Source: Deltaproteobacteria bacterium
GTDB taxonomy: Bacteria > Myxococcota_A > UBA9160 > UBA4427
Assembly: GCA_029261855.1 (NCBI GenBank)
Contig: JAJDAN010000021.1
Coordinates: forward strand, 15,212 to 79,211
Direction: 5' to 3'
Length of the DNA stretch: 64,000 nucleotides
In this document: positions 8,514-17,587 of the stretch, in pieces
Position numbering within the stretch: position 1 is the stretch's first letter
How the letters are laid out: each line of letters opens with the position of its first letter
Made by a program: the position numbers and the translations under genes
Notes under the pieces: generated by a model
The model's input: the letters and a program-made list of their open reading frames with translations, nothing else
Database searches by the model: none
What the model was told of the DNA's origin: nothing

Positions 8514-11500
8514 TCATGAGGGGGGGTGTTCGTCCGCGGGTTGTGCGTCCCGGCCCGGGAAGCTGGCGTAGAGCACCGGGAGCACGAACAGGGTGAGGAG
8601 CGTGCTCGAGGCGAGCCCGCCGATGACGACCGTCGCGAGCGGGCGCTGGACCTCCGCGCCCGTCCCCGTTGCCAGAGCCATCGGCACGAAGCCCAGCGCG
8701 GCCACGAGCGCGGTCATCAGGACCGGCCGCAGCCGGGTGACGGCGCCCGTGCGGATCGCGTCGTGGAGATCCCGGCCCTCCCCACGCAGCTCCCGGATGA
8801 AGGTCAGCATCACTACACCGTTCAGGACCGCGACACCCGAGACGGCGATGAAGCCCACCGCGGCGGAGATCGAGAAGGGGATGCCGCGCAGGGCGAGGGT
8901 GGCAACACCACCGGTGAGGGCCAGCGGAACGGCCGAGAAGACGAGTAGTGCGTCCTTCGCATTGCCGAAGCTCGAGAACAGCAGCAGAAAGATCAGCACG
9001 AAGCAGATCGGCACGACGATCGACAAACGCTGCTTCGCCTCCTCGAGCTGCTCGAACTGGCCGCCCCACTCCAGCCACGTCCCGGGCGGAAGCTCCACCT
9101 CCGCAGCGATCCGATCCTGCGCTTCTCGCACGAAGGAGCCGATGTCGCGTCCTCGCACGTTCGCTTGCACGACGATGCGCCGCTTGCCGTTCTCGCGGCT
9201 CACCTGGTTCGGCCCCTCGCCCACGCGCAGCGCAGCCACGCTGTCGAGCGGGATCGTCCGGATCCCGCGGAGCCCGGTGCCCGGTCTCGCGCGCCCGGAG
9301 TCGTCCCCGTCGGCGGACGGGAGCGGGATCGGCAGGCGCGCCAGCGCCGTGAGATCCTCGCGGTGGGCCTCCCCCAGGCGCACCACGACGTCGAAGCGCC
9401 GGTCGCCCTCGAACACCTGGCCCGCCGTGTGTCCGCCCACGGCGATCGCAATCGCCTCATGGACGTCCGCCACGTCGAGACCAAAGCTGCCCAGCGCGGC
9501 GCGGTCGACGTCGACGTCGAGAACGGGAGCGCCAGTGATCTGCTCCATGCGGGCGTCTCGCGCCCCGGAAATCCCTGCGATCAGCCGCTCGATGCGCTCG
9601 GCCACAGGGGCCAGCTCGGCGAAGTCGTCGCCGAAGAGCTTCACCGCCAGGTCGGAGCGCACGCCGGCCAGTAGCTCGTTGAAGCGCATCTCGATCGGCT
9701 GCGTGAACTCGTAGCTCGCGCCCGGGATGCCTTCGACCACCGCTTCGAGCTTCCGCCGCACCTCCTCCTTGCGCGCGCCCGGTTCGTCCCACTCGGCGCG
9801 AGGTCGCAAGATGACGAACGTATCGGAGATGTTGAAGGGCATCGGGTCCACCGCCATCTCGGCGGTTCCCGTCCGCGAGAAGACGAAGGCCACCTCGGGC
9901 ACCGTGGCGAGCCTTCGCTCGACCTCGAGCTGCAGGCGCGTCGCCTCCTCGAGCCCCACGCTCGGGATCCGCACGGGCTGCACGACCACGTCCAGCTCGG
10001 AGAGGGTCGGCGCAAAGACCTGGCCGATGCGCGTGAAGAGTCCGAGCCCGCCCACGAGCACGACGACCGCCGTGCCGAGCACCACGGCGCGGTGGCGCAG
10101 GGCCGATCCGAGCATGCGCCCGTAGGCCGACCGCAGCGGCTCGATCACCCGGTCCGGGCGGTCGTCGCCAGCGGGGCGGACGAAGATCGCGACCATGGCG
10201 GGAACGAAGGTGAAGGCCAACGCGAAGGCGCCGGTCAGGGCGAAGATCACGGTGAGGGCCATCGGCCGGAACATCCGACCCTCGACGCCGGTGAGGAAGA
10301 GGATCGGGACGTAGACCACGATGATGATCGCGCCGCCCATGCTCGCCGCGCCCAGCACCTGACTGCTGGCCCGGCGCACGGTCTCCAGGCGCTCGTGCAG
10401 GGCGAGCTCGCGCCCTAGCGTCCGACGCCTCTGCCGCAGCTGCCGCAGACAGTTCTCGACCACGATCACCGACCCGTCCACGATGAGGCCGAAGTCGATG
10501 GCGCCGAGACTCATCAGGTTTCCGCTGACACCGGCCTGCCGCATGCCGATCGCGGCGATCAGCATAGAAAGCGGGATCGCGAGCGCGGTGATGAGTGCGG
10601 CCCGGAGATTGCCGAGCAGGACGAGCAGAACCACGATCACGAGCAACGCGCCCTCGACCAGGTTGCGCTCGACCGTGCGGATCGCCGCGTCGACCAGGGC
10701 GGACCGGTCGAGCACCGTCTTGGCGTGGATGTCGGGCGGGAGCGTCCGGTTCACCGCCGCGAGCCGCTCGCCGACCGCACGCGCCACGCTGCGGCTGTTC
10801 TCGCCGATCAGCATGAAGGCCGTGGCGACGACCACCTCGCTGCCGTTCTCGCTCGCACTGCCTGTGCGGATCTCGCGACCGATCCCGACCTCCGCCACGT
10901 CGCGCACGCGCACGGGCGTTCGCTCGCGGATGGCGACCACGACCTCTGCGAGCTCTTCGAGCCCCGAGATCCGGTCGTCGGCGCGCACGACGTACGCTTC
11001 GCCCATCCGTTCGAGATAGCCCGCGCCCGTGGCGAGGTTGTTGCGCTCGAGCGCCGCTACGAGTTCCCCCAACCGGATGCCGTGGGCCGCGAGCTTCATC
11101 GGGTCGGGCTCGACGTGGTATTGCTTGCGGTAGCCCCCGATCGCGTCCACGCCCGCCACGCCGCGCACGCTCTGGATCTGTGGGCGGATGATCCACTCCT
11201 GCACGGTGCGGAGGTATGCGGCCCGCTCGCGCGCGGTCCCCAGGCGCTCGCCCTCCGGCGTCCGATACGAACCGTCGGGCTGCCAGCCGGGTCGCCCCGG
11301 GAGAGGCGCCGCGCCTTCGCCGTCCGGGTGCTCGAACTCGACGGTCCACATGTAGATCTCGCCGAGGCCCGTGGTGATCGGACCGAGGCCCACCTCGGCG
11401 CTCGCCGGCAGGAGATCGCGCAGAGCGGACAGGCGCTCGGCCACCTGCTGGCGCGCGAAATAGAGATCGACGTCGTCGCGGAAGACGGCGGTCACCTGGG

Positions 11501-11771
11501 AAAAGCCGCTGCGCGCGAAGGAACGTGTATGGTCGAGGCCCGGCACGCCCGCGAGCTCGGTCTCGATCACGAAGGTGACCTGGCGCTCCATCTCCGTGGG
11601 CGATAGGGACGGGTCGGCGGTGTTGATGACCACCTGCCGGTTGGTGACGTCCGGGACGGCGTCGATCGGGAGACCCAGCAGCGCGTGCCCGCCCACCAGG
11701 GCGACGGCGATCGCCGCCAGCACGACGAAGCCCCGGTGATCGATCGAAAAGCGAAGGACGCGTTCCAGCAT
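8514..11771 (-). CDS. czcA: Heavy-metal efflux RND permease, CusA/CzcA family
   Basis: LPIDAVPDVTNRQV, GNLMSLGAIDFGLIVDGSVIVVEN, RLRPVLMTALVAALGFVPMALATGTGAEVQRPLATVVIGG. Confidence 0.93.
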   Translation of the reverse strand: MLERVLRFSIDHRGFVVLAAIAVALVGGHALLGLPIDAVPDVTNRQVVINTADPSLSPTEMERQVTFVIETELAGVPGLDHTRSFARSGFSQVTAVFRDDVDLYFARQQVAERLSALRDLLPASAEVGLGPITTGLGEIYMWTVEFEHPDGEGAAPLPGRPGWQPDGSYRTPEGERLGTARERAAYLRTVQEWIIRPQIQSVRGVAGVDAIGGYRKQYHVEPDPMKLAAHGIRLGELVAALERNNLATGAGYLERMGEAYVVRADDRISGLEELAEVVVAIRERTPVRVRDVAEVGIGREIRTGSASENGSEVVVATAFMLIGENSRSVARAVGERLAAVNRTLPPDIHAKTVLDRSALVDAAIRTVERNLVEGALLVIVVLLVLLGNLRAALITALAIPLSMLIAAIGMRQAGVSGNLMSLGAIDFGLIVDGSVIVVENCLRQLRQRRRTLGRELALHERLETVRRASSQVLGAASMGGAIIIVVYVPILFLTGVEGRMFRPMALTVIFALTGAFALAFTFVPAMVAIFVRPAGDDRPDRVIEPLRSAYGRMLGSALRHRAVVLGTAVVVLVGGLGLFTRIGQVFAPTLSELDVVVQPVRIPSVGLEEATRLQLEVERRLATVPEVAFVFSRTGTAEMAVDPMPFNISDTFVILRPRAEWDEPGARKEEVRRKLEAVVEGIPGASYEFTQPIEMRFNELLAGVRSDLAVKLFGDDFAELAPVAERIERLIAGISGARDARMEQITGAPVLDVDVDRAALGSFGLDVADVHEAIAIAVGGHTAGQVFEGDRRFDVVVRLGEAHREDLTALARLPIPLPSADGDDSGRARPGTGLRGIRTIPLDSVAALRVGEGPNQVSRENGKRRIVVQANVRGRDIGSFVREAQDRIAAEVELPPGTWLEWGGQFEQLEEAKQRLSIVVPICFVLIFLLLFSSFGNAKDALLVFSAVPLALTGGVATLALRGIPFSISAAVGFIAVSGVAVLNGVVMLTFIRELRGEGRDLHDAIRTGAVTRLRPVLMTALVAALGFVPMALATGTGAEVQRPLATVVIGGLASSTLLTLFVLPVLYASFPGRDAQPADEHPPS

Positions 11772-11789
11772 GTCGCTGACTCCGTCGGG

Positions 11790-12821
11790 CTAGTGGTGGT
11801 GCCCGCCACCCTCGCCCTTCTCGAGCTCGGCCTTCAGGATGAAGACCCCCTCGTGGGCAACCTCGGTTCCGGGATCGAGACCGGCTTCGACCTCGACTCG
11901 CTGGCGACCGCGCCGGCCGAGCGTCACGGGGCGCGCCTCGACTCGACCTCCCGAACGCGCGAAGACGACGGCGCGGCCGTCCACGATCTGCACCGCCGCG
12001 GCCGGGACCACGACCCGCGCCTCCACGGGCTCGGCGACGGTGGCCGTCACGAAGAGGCCCGGGCGGAAGCGCCCGTCGTCGTTCGCGAGCACGACCCGCG
12101 CCCGTGCCGCGCGCGTGTGCCGGTCGACGATCGGGGACACGTAGTCGATCTCTGCATCGACGGCGGGGACGCCGGGGACGCGGACGGAGACCTTCTGGCC
12201 CGCGCGCACGCGCGGTGCATCCTGCGGATAGATCGCGAGGACCGCCCACACCGTCCGTAGGTCGCCCACCACGAAGGCCGCGCGTTCGCGCCCGATCATC
12301 TCTCCGGGCGCGGCATGCTGCTCGAGCACCGTCCCGGTGATTCCGCTCCGAACCTCGAAGGAAGACAGGTTCTCGCTCTCGACGACGGCGAGAACGTCGC
12401 CGCGCGAGACGCGGTCTCCCACGCGTTTCGACACCGACCGCACGATCCCGGGAAAGCGGGGACCGATGGCCGCGATCCGCTCGGGATCCGACTCGATCTC
12501 GCCCGGCACTTCGAAGCCCAGGTCGATGGTCCCGGCGCCAGCGGCTTCGAAGCGGACGCCGAACTCCGCGAGCTCTGCGGCGGAGAAGTCGAGCGTGCGC
12601 ACCAGCTCCTCGTGCTCTTCGTGTTCCTCTTGCGCCGCGTGCTCCGGTTCCGGGGCGTGACGGGCTTCGTTCTCGGAATGGCCGTGCTCGTGCTCGCCAT
12701 GCGGGCCTTCTTCCGCGCCCTCGCAGGCGGCGAACGCGACCGCGAGGGCGAGAATCAGGGACAGGCGGCGACCGGCCGCGTTCCGCGCGGTTCGGCGCAT
12801 GCTCGCTCTTCGGCGCATCAT
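11790..12821 (-). CDS. czcB: RND periplasmic adaptor (MFP), CzcB-like, His/Glu-rich N-terminus, probable lipoprotein
   Basis: AVAFAAC lipobox-like; PHGEHEHGH...EEHEEHEE; VGDRVSRGDVLAVVES; SPIVDRHTRAARARVVLAN; C-terminal HHH. Start moved to ATG after AGGGGGAG. Confidence 0.85.
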   Translation of the reverse strand: MMRRRASMRRTARNAAGRRLSLILALAVAFAACEGAEEGPHGEHEHGHSENEARHAPEPEHAAQEEHEEHEELVRTLDFSAAELAEFGVRFEAAGAGTIDLGFEVPGEIESDPERIAAIGPRFPGIVRSVSKRVGDRVSRGDVLAVVESENLSSFEVRSGITGTVLEQHAAPGEMIGRERAAFVVGDLRTVWAVLAIYPQDAPRVRAGQKVSVRVPGVPAVDAEIDYVSPIVDRHTRAARARVVLANDDGRFRPGLFVTATVAEPVEARVVVPAAAVQIVDGRAVVFARSGGRVEARPVTLGRRGRQRVEVEAGLDPGTEVAHEGVFILKAELEKGEGGGHHH

Positions 12822-12829
12822 CTCCCCCT

Positions 12830-14206
12830 TCACGGCTGGACCTGTCTGCCCGCCGTCAGGCGTTCCAGGGCGGCGCGGGCGACGTGATAGGCGCGCACCG
12901 CGTCGATCTCGCGCAGACGCAGCTCGACGAGCGTGCGCTGCGCCTGGAGGACGTCCGTGTTCCGGAAGAGCCCCCGGCGATAGCCGTCGCGGACGCCGTC
13001 GAAGGCGTCGCGAGCCGCCGGCAGGATTCCGTCCCGGAGCTCCACGATCTCCTCGTGGCGTGCAGACAGCTCCTGGTAGGCACGCTCGAGCTCCGTCCCG
13101 AGCGTCGCTTCCGCTGCGCGACGTTCGGACCGCGCCCGGCGAAGGTCGGCGCGGGCCGCCGCGCGGTCGCCCTGATTCTGGTCGAAGAGCGGCAGCGGAA
13201 CCGAGAAGCCGGCGACGAGCGCGGCATCGTCGGGCTCCGCGTGCCAACGGAACCCGGCCGCCGCCGTCACGTCGGGAATCCGGCGCGCGTCCTCGAGCTC
13301 GACGAGCGCCTCGCGACGGGCCACTTCCTGGTCCCAGGCCACGAGTGTCGGGTTCTGCACGAGGACGGCTCGCAGGTCTTCGAGCACAGGAGGCGACGTC
13401 ACGGGACCGACCTCCCCCGCCGCTTCGGCGAAGTCCGCCGTCGCACTGCCCCACGTCCGGGACAGCTCGACGCGCGCTGCCTCCAGGTCGCGGACGGCCC
13501 GAACGCGATCGATCCGCGCGGTGGCCACTGCCACGAGATCTCGCGTGGCCTCCACCGCTGGCGCGGCCCCGGCGTCCACCAGCCGCCGGGTCGCCTGCTG
13601 GGACGACTCGGCGATCTCCACCTGTTCCGTCGTGACCGAGACGGCCTGCTGGGCCGCCACCACCGTCGCGAACGCGCTCATGACCTGCTCGATCACGCGC
13701 AGGCGTGCCGCCTCGACCTCCCATGCGGCGACGTCGGCACCCAGCTCGGCGGCGCGGCGGCGCTTCCCCCGCTTCCCCGCCGTCTCGAGTCGTTGAGCCA
13801 GGGTCAGCGTGGTCTCGCTGGCGCCGAAGCCCGAGAAGGTGCCGGAACCGGCGAAGTTCTCGGTCTCCGCCTCGAGCTCGGGGTTGGGCAGGAGCCCGGC
13901 CTGAATCGCCCGCGCGTTGTGGCCTTCCAGACCCCAGGCACGGGCGGCCAGCACCGGGCTCTCTTCCAGCGCCCGCCGCAATGCCTCCTCCAGGGTGAGT
14001 GGAGCATCCGGCTGCGGGAGGATTCGCGGTCGCGCGGCGTCGCGAGCGAGCCCTGTCGCCCTCTCCTGGGGAGCAACGCTCCCATCGCTCGGACGGCGTT
14101 CCGGAGACGCGGCGCGCGCCGGCCCGGCATGGGCCGTCACCAGCAAGCCCGTCGTCAGCAAGACGAGGCATGGCCCGGCGATGCACGCCGGTCGTTCGAT
14201 ACGCAT
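12830..14206 (-). CDS. czcC: TolC-family outer membrane efflux protein, CzcC-like
   Basis: LTLEEALRRALEESP, QAGLLPNPELEAETENF, LSQRLETAGKR-type motif (LAQRLETAGKRGKR), SVPLPLFDQNQG. Confidence 0.88.
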   Translation of the reverse strand: MRIERPACIAGPCLVLLTTGLLVTAHAGPARAASPERRPSDGSVAPQERATGLARDAARPRILPQPDAPLTLEEALRRALEESPVLAARAWGLEGHNARAIQAGLLPNPELEAETENFAGSGTFSGFGASETTLTLAQRLETAGKRGKRRRAAELGADVAAWEVEAARLRVIEQVMSAFATVVAAQQAVSVTTEQVEIAESSQQATRRLVDAGAAPAVEATRDLVAVATARIDRVRAVRDLEAARVELSRTWGSATADFAEAAGEVGPVTSPPVLEDLRAVLVQNPTLVAWDQEVARREALVELEDARRIPDVTAAAGFRWHAEPDDAALVAGFSVPLPLFDQNQGDRAAARADLRRARSERRAAEATLGTELERAYQELSARHEEIVELRDGILPAARDAFDGVRDGYRRGLFRNTDVLQAQRTLVELRLREIDAVRAYHVARAALERLTAGRQVQP

Positions 14207-14329
14207 GGCAAGTTCCCTCGCGGGTCCCCTGGTCAGCGCACACGCATGCGAATGCACGCGCGCGCGCGGCGCTGGCGCGACGCGGAAACCCGCGCCGGCC
14301 TCACGACGCTCACGGAAGGCGCGTCGGGA

Positions 14330-14752
14330 TCAGCAGCGAAGGATCGTGTAGTCGAGATGCTCGGCGGATGGCCGGTTGTCGCGAGTTCGGGCTCGAAGGG
14401 GAACGGGCTGGGGTCGGTCGCCGACCGACCCGTGCGGCGCCGCCACGAGCATCGCCGCGGCGGCCGGCGGGCGATAGTCGCCCAGAGCGCCCGCGGCCAG
14501 GGTTCGGACGTCGACACACGGACCGAGACACGCGTCGCCCGACGCTTCCACCAGAGGTGCGACCTCCACGTGTCCCTGCGCGGCGGGTCCGCAGTCTTCC
14601 AGGAACGACCGGCCGGGCATCGGTTCGTCGCTGCAGAGGCACAGGGACGCGAAGCAGAGCGTCGCCAGCAGAGACGCCGCTGCGACGCTGGACACGACGC
14701 TGAACACGACACTCCGCCAGTCTATTCGCGCGTTCGCCGATCGCCTCAGCAC
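14330..14752 (-). CDS. Small Cys/His-containing leader protein upstream of czcCBA (CzcI/DUF2946-like)
   Basis: Hydrophobic N-terminal segment, CLC, H and C-xxx-C residues, Pro-rich tail ending HLDYTILRC; position directly 5' of czcC. Confidence 0.55.
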   Translation of the reverse strand: MLRRSANARIDWRSVVFSVVSSVAAASLLATLCFASLCLCSDEPMPGRSFLEDCGPAAQGHVEVAPLVEASGDACLGPCVDVRTLAAGALGDYRPPAAAAMLVAAPHGSVGDRPQPVPLRARTRDNRPSAEHLDYTILRC

Positions 14753-14925
14753 GGAATCCGTCCCCCCACTCGTCCATCGGTCTGCGACCCGATCGACTGT
14801 ATTGTGGGCGCGATGGGGAACGAGCGCCGCCCCAATCGATCGAGCATGCGTCCTCGCTGAACGAAATCAACGACTTGGAGCACTCCGGGTCTGCGCCCGC
14901 CTTGCCGGCGGTCTGCGCGTGCGGT

Positions 14926-15417
14926 CTAGACACCGACGTCGCGCATGGCGTCCGCACGACCGAATCGACTCGGAACAGAAGGCTGTCCGAGCGCGGGATC
15001 TCGCCCTCCCGCGGCGCGAAGCCGCGCGAACGCATGCCACTGAGCCGCATCGAGCACATCGATCGTCCCGGCCACCAGGCGACTCTCCGTGCCGCGCAGA
15101 TACGCGACGATCTCGGCCTGCTGTCGCACGAGCAACCCCGCGCGGGTTTCATCGAACGGCAAGCGCAGCTCGGCGTCTCGAAGCGCCGACTCGGTTGCCT
15201 CATGGGCGGCCTGGAGCTCGCGCACCCGCTCCGCTTCCGATTCCCAGAGCACCTCGATCTGGACCCGTTGTGCCTCGCTGAGCTCCAGCGCTCCGAGTAC
15301 GCGATCGAGTCCGAAGGTCCCGCCGGGCACCGGCATGGGCCTGTCGACCAGGAAGCCCTGATTGCAGCCCAGTATCACCGAGCAGCTCACGATGACGCTC
15401 ATCCATATCGAGTTCAC
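14926..15417 (-). CDS. Spy/CpxP (LTXXQ)-family periplasmic lipoprotein
   Basis: GTG start after GGAGG; lipobox ILGC; LELSEAQRVQI, PFDETRAGLLV, VLDAAQ. Confidence 0.7.
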   Translation of the reverse strand: MNSIWMSVIVSCSVILGCNQGFLVDRPMPVPGGTFGLDRVLGALELSEAQRVQIEVLWESEAERVRELQAAHEATESALRDAELRLPFDETRAGLLVRQQAEIVAYLRGTESRLVAGTIDVLDAAQWHAFARLRAAGGRDPALGQPSVPSRFGRADAMRDVGV

Positions 15418-15508
15418 GGTTCTTCCCTCCAGTTCGGGCTCGTTTCGAAAAGGGGAGGAGTCACGCGCAAGGACAGTGGGCCGCCCCCACGCGTGCACCT
15501 CCGCGCTC

Positions 15509-15928
15509 CTAGCGGTGACGACGCTTGCCCGCTTCGAGAACGGCCGCGCGGTCCTCCGGGCTCAGCACGGCCTGGACCTTCAGGAGGGTCCGGAGCCGGA
15601 GCATGTGCGCTTCCTGTTCCAGGGCTCCCACCGCGTCCGCCTGTGCCAGGACGGCGGCCTCATCCACGGGATCCGCCTCGAGCAGGGCATCCAGCCCCTC
15701 GCGCGCCTCCCGCACCAGGGCTCGCATTGCACGCTGTCCGGGACGGGCCTCGTCGAGGATCGCGAGCGCCGCCGTCTCCGTTTCCGTCGAGAGGTCGAGT
15801 CGCTCGATCTTCTTCTCGAGGCCGCCGCAGCCGCCGTGGCCCGGCTTGGCTGCCGCTCCTGTAGCGAGGCCGATCGAGGCGATGAGGGCAGCGAGGATCA
15901 GTCCGATGGGAACGAAGGTCGATTTCAT
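15509..15928 (-). CDS. Spy/CpxP/ZraP-family periplasmic heavy-metal sensor or chaperone
   Basis: Signal peptide; GHGGCG; LDLSTE, DPVDEAAVLA, VLSPEDRA. Confidence 0.8.
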   Translation of the reverse strand: MKSTFVPIGLILAALIASIGLATGAAAKPGHGGCGGLEKKIERLDLSTETETAALAILDEARPGQRAMRALVREAREGLDALLEADPVDEAAVLAQADAVGALEQEAHMLRLRTLLKVQAVLSPEDRAAVLEAGKRRHR

Positions 15929-16012
15929 GGTGGGTCTCCTCTTCTACTTGCGCGTCTACTTGCGTGGTTCCGATTCGCGCCGCCGGATCTCGGCGGCGCC
16001 ATCAACAGCTTG

Positions 16013-16040
16013 GTCGCGCGGGCCTGCCAGACGGGTTACC
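16013..16040 (-). promoter_or_regulatory. Putative ECF sigma promoter GGTAACCC-N16-CGAC driving the minus-strand Spy genes
   Basis: Matches two plus-strand copies at 16238 and 16520 with an identical 16-nt spacer. Confidence 0.7.
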
Positions 16041-16237
16041 GCCCGGGACGCCGATGCCCGATGAATGCCTGCAATCGACGCTGCTCGACGCTCAGCGCGT
16101 CGACGACGCACTCCCAGATCTCCAGCTTGCCGGGGTCCACGTGATCGCCGGCGAGCTCGGCGGCGATCGTTCGCGCGCGAGCAACCTCGCAATCCACCTC
16201 TCGTCGGCGGGTGAGCAAGTCATGCAAGCGGTTGCGC

Positions 16238-16265
16238 GGTAACCCGGCGGCGCCGATGGCGCGTC
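16238..16265 (+). promoter_or_regulatory. Putative ECF sigma promoter GGTAACCC-N16-CGTC
   Basis: Exact motif, 16-nt spacer, followed by GAAAGAG. Confidence 0.7.
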
Positions 16266-16519
16266 GAAAGAGAGGGACGGACGCGCGAACTCGATGGAAG
16301 GCGTAATCTCATCGGGAATGTCCGCCCGCGAGGCCATGCAGGGCTCGGGCGACGGGCCCGGTTCTCGCAACGACCCCATTTCCCGGGAGCCGACTCATGA
16401 AGCAGTGGATTCCGTCGACCACCCCCAGGCCTCCGCGAGATGAGGCGCTTGCCGCCCCGGATTCCGGGCAGCGCTCCGGACCCGCCCGCCCCTAGGATGT
16501 TTCTCGAAGACCCCCATCG

Positions 16520-16547
16520 GGTAACCCAACAGGGCCCGCTGCACGTC
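16520..16547 (+). promoter_or_regulatory. Putative autoregulatory ECF sigma promoter GGTAACCC-N16-CGTC
   Basis: Exact motif about 50 nt upstream of the ECF sigma ATG. Confidence 0.75.
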
Positions 16548-16598
16548 GAAGAAGAGCGCAGACGAGCGACTTCAACGAAAGGTGTGGTCTCATTGGGC

Positions 16599-17144
16599 AT
16601 GGCCTCGCAAGAGCCCACACTCGAAGCGCGCTTCGAGTCGCTCGTGGCGACCCACCGCGACCGGGCCGTACGGCTCGCCTGGCGCCTGGTGGGTGGTGAC
16701 GAGGCCGCTGCGGAGGATGTGACGCAAGATGCATTCGTCAGCGCCTACCGGAGCCTCGACCGCTTTCGCGGCGATTCCAAGCTCGATACCTGGTTCTACC
16801 GGATCCTGGTGCGACAGGCCTACAGCTACCTGCGTTGGCGCAAGGTCCGTGAGCGCTTCGTGCGCGTCGACCCGGACGACGCATTGGACCCCGCCCCGCG
16901 ACCGGAGGGAGACCCCGTCCTTCGGGCCCGGATCGCGGGGTCGCTCGACAGCCTGCCGTGCAACCAGCGCGACGCGTTCGTTCTCGTACACATGGAGGAC
17001 TTCACCGTTCGAGAAGCCGCCGAGATCATGGGAAAGGCTCCCGGCACAGTGAAGAGTCACCTGCATCGCGCGCTGGGGAAGCTGCGCGTACAGCTCGAGG
17101 ACGCGCTCGAAACACCGACGGAGGTCGCCAGTGATGACGGATGA
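16599..17144 (+). CDS. ECF-family RNA polymerase sigma factor
   Basis: AEDVTQDAFVSAYRSLDRFRGDSKLDTWFYRI; EAAEIMGKAPGTVKSHLHRALGKLR. Confidence 0.92.
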   Translation: MASQEPTLEARFESLVATHRDRAVRLAWRLVGGDEAAAEDVTQDAFVSAYRSLDRFRGDSKLDTWFYRILVRQAYSYLRWRKVRERFVRVDPDDALDPAPRPEGDPVLRARIAGSLDSLPCNQRDAFVLVHMEDFTVREAAEIMGKAPGTVKSHLHRALGKLRVQLEDALETPTEVASDDG

Positions 17145-17559
17145 TGACCGAGAGAGAGAAGACGCGCTCTCGCCCGAGGCGGGACGCTTCATCGAGCAGT
17201 TGAAGACCGCCTACGAGCCCCGCCCCATGAGCGCCGCGCGGCGTGCGGCGCTCGATGCCCGCATCCAGCAGCGTATCGAGCGCTCGCCCTGGCCGGGGTG
17301 GCTCGGCCCGGGAGCGCTGGCCGCCGCCGCGGCGGTCGCGATGGTGTGGGTCGCTGGGCAACGGTCCGACATCGGCGAGGGTTCGGCCGACGCAACCTTG
17401 GTCGCCAACACAGAAGCGGCCGAAGTGCCCGGGCTGGACGGCTGGGAATCCCAGCTCTACCTCTACGATGCCTCGGTCGACTCCGCGGCCAGCCAGGGTG
17501 TGGCCCAGGGGCTGCCGCCCGAGTATGCGGCCATCGACAGCCTCTTCTTCGATAGCTGA
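17131..17559 (+). CDS. Putative single-pass anti-sigma factor
   Basis: Overlaps the sigma stop; one TM helix (WLGPGALAAAAAVAMVWVAG); C-terminal LPPEYAAIDSLF. Confidence 0.65.
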   Translation: MMTDDDREREDALSPEAGRFIEQLKTAYEPRPMSAARRAALDARIQQRIERSPWPGWLGPGALAAAAAVAMVWVAGQRSDIGEGSADATLVANTEAAEVPGLDGWESQLYLYDASVDSAASQGVAQGLPPEYAAIDSLFFDS

Positions 17560-17587
17560 TCGCAACGAAAGCTACACAGGACATACC

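Noticed and set aside
9457-12249. Very long Arg/Pro/Gly-rich alternative-frame or antisense ORFs (also 27817-30288, 32922-35603, 37568-40591)
   Set aside because: Typical high-GC shadow ORFs overlapping well-supported genes, with no recognisable motifs.
16036-16227. 63-aa minus-strand ORF in the ECF intergenic gap
   Set aside because: TTG start, no clear RBS and no motif; cannot be supported, though not excluded.
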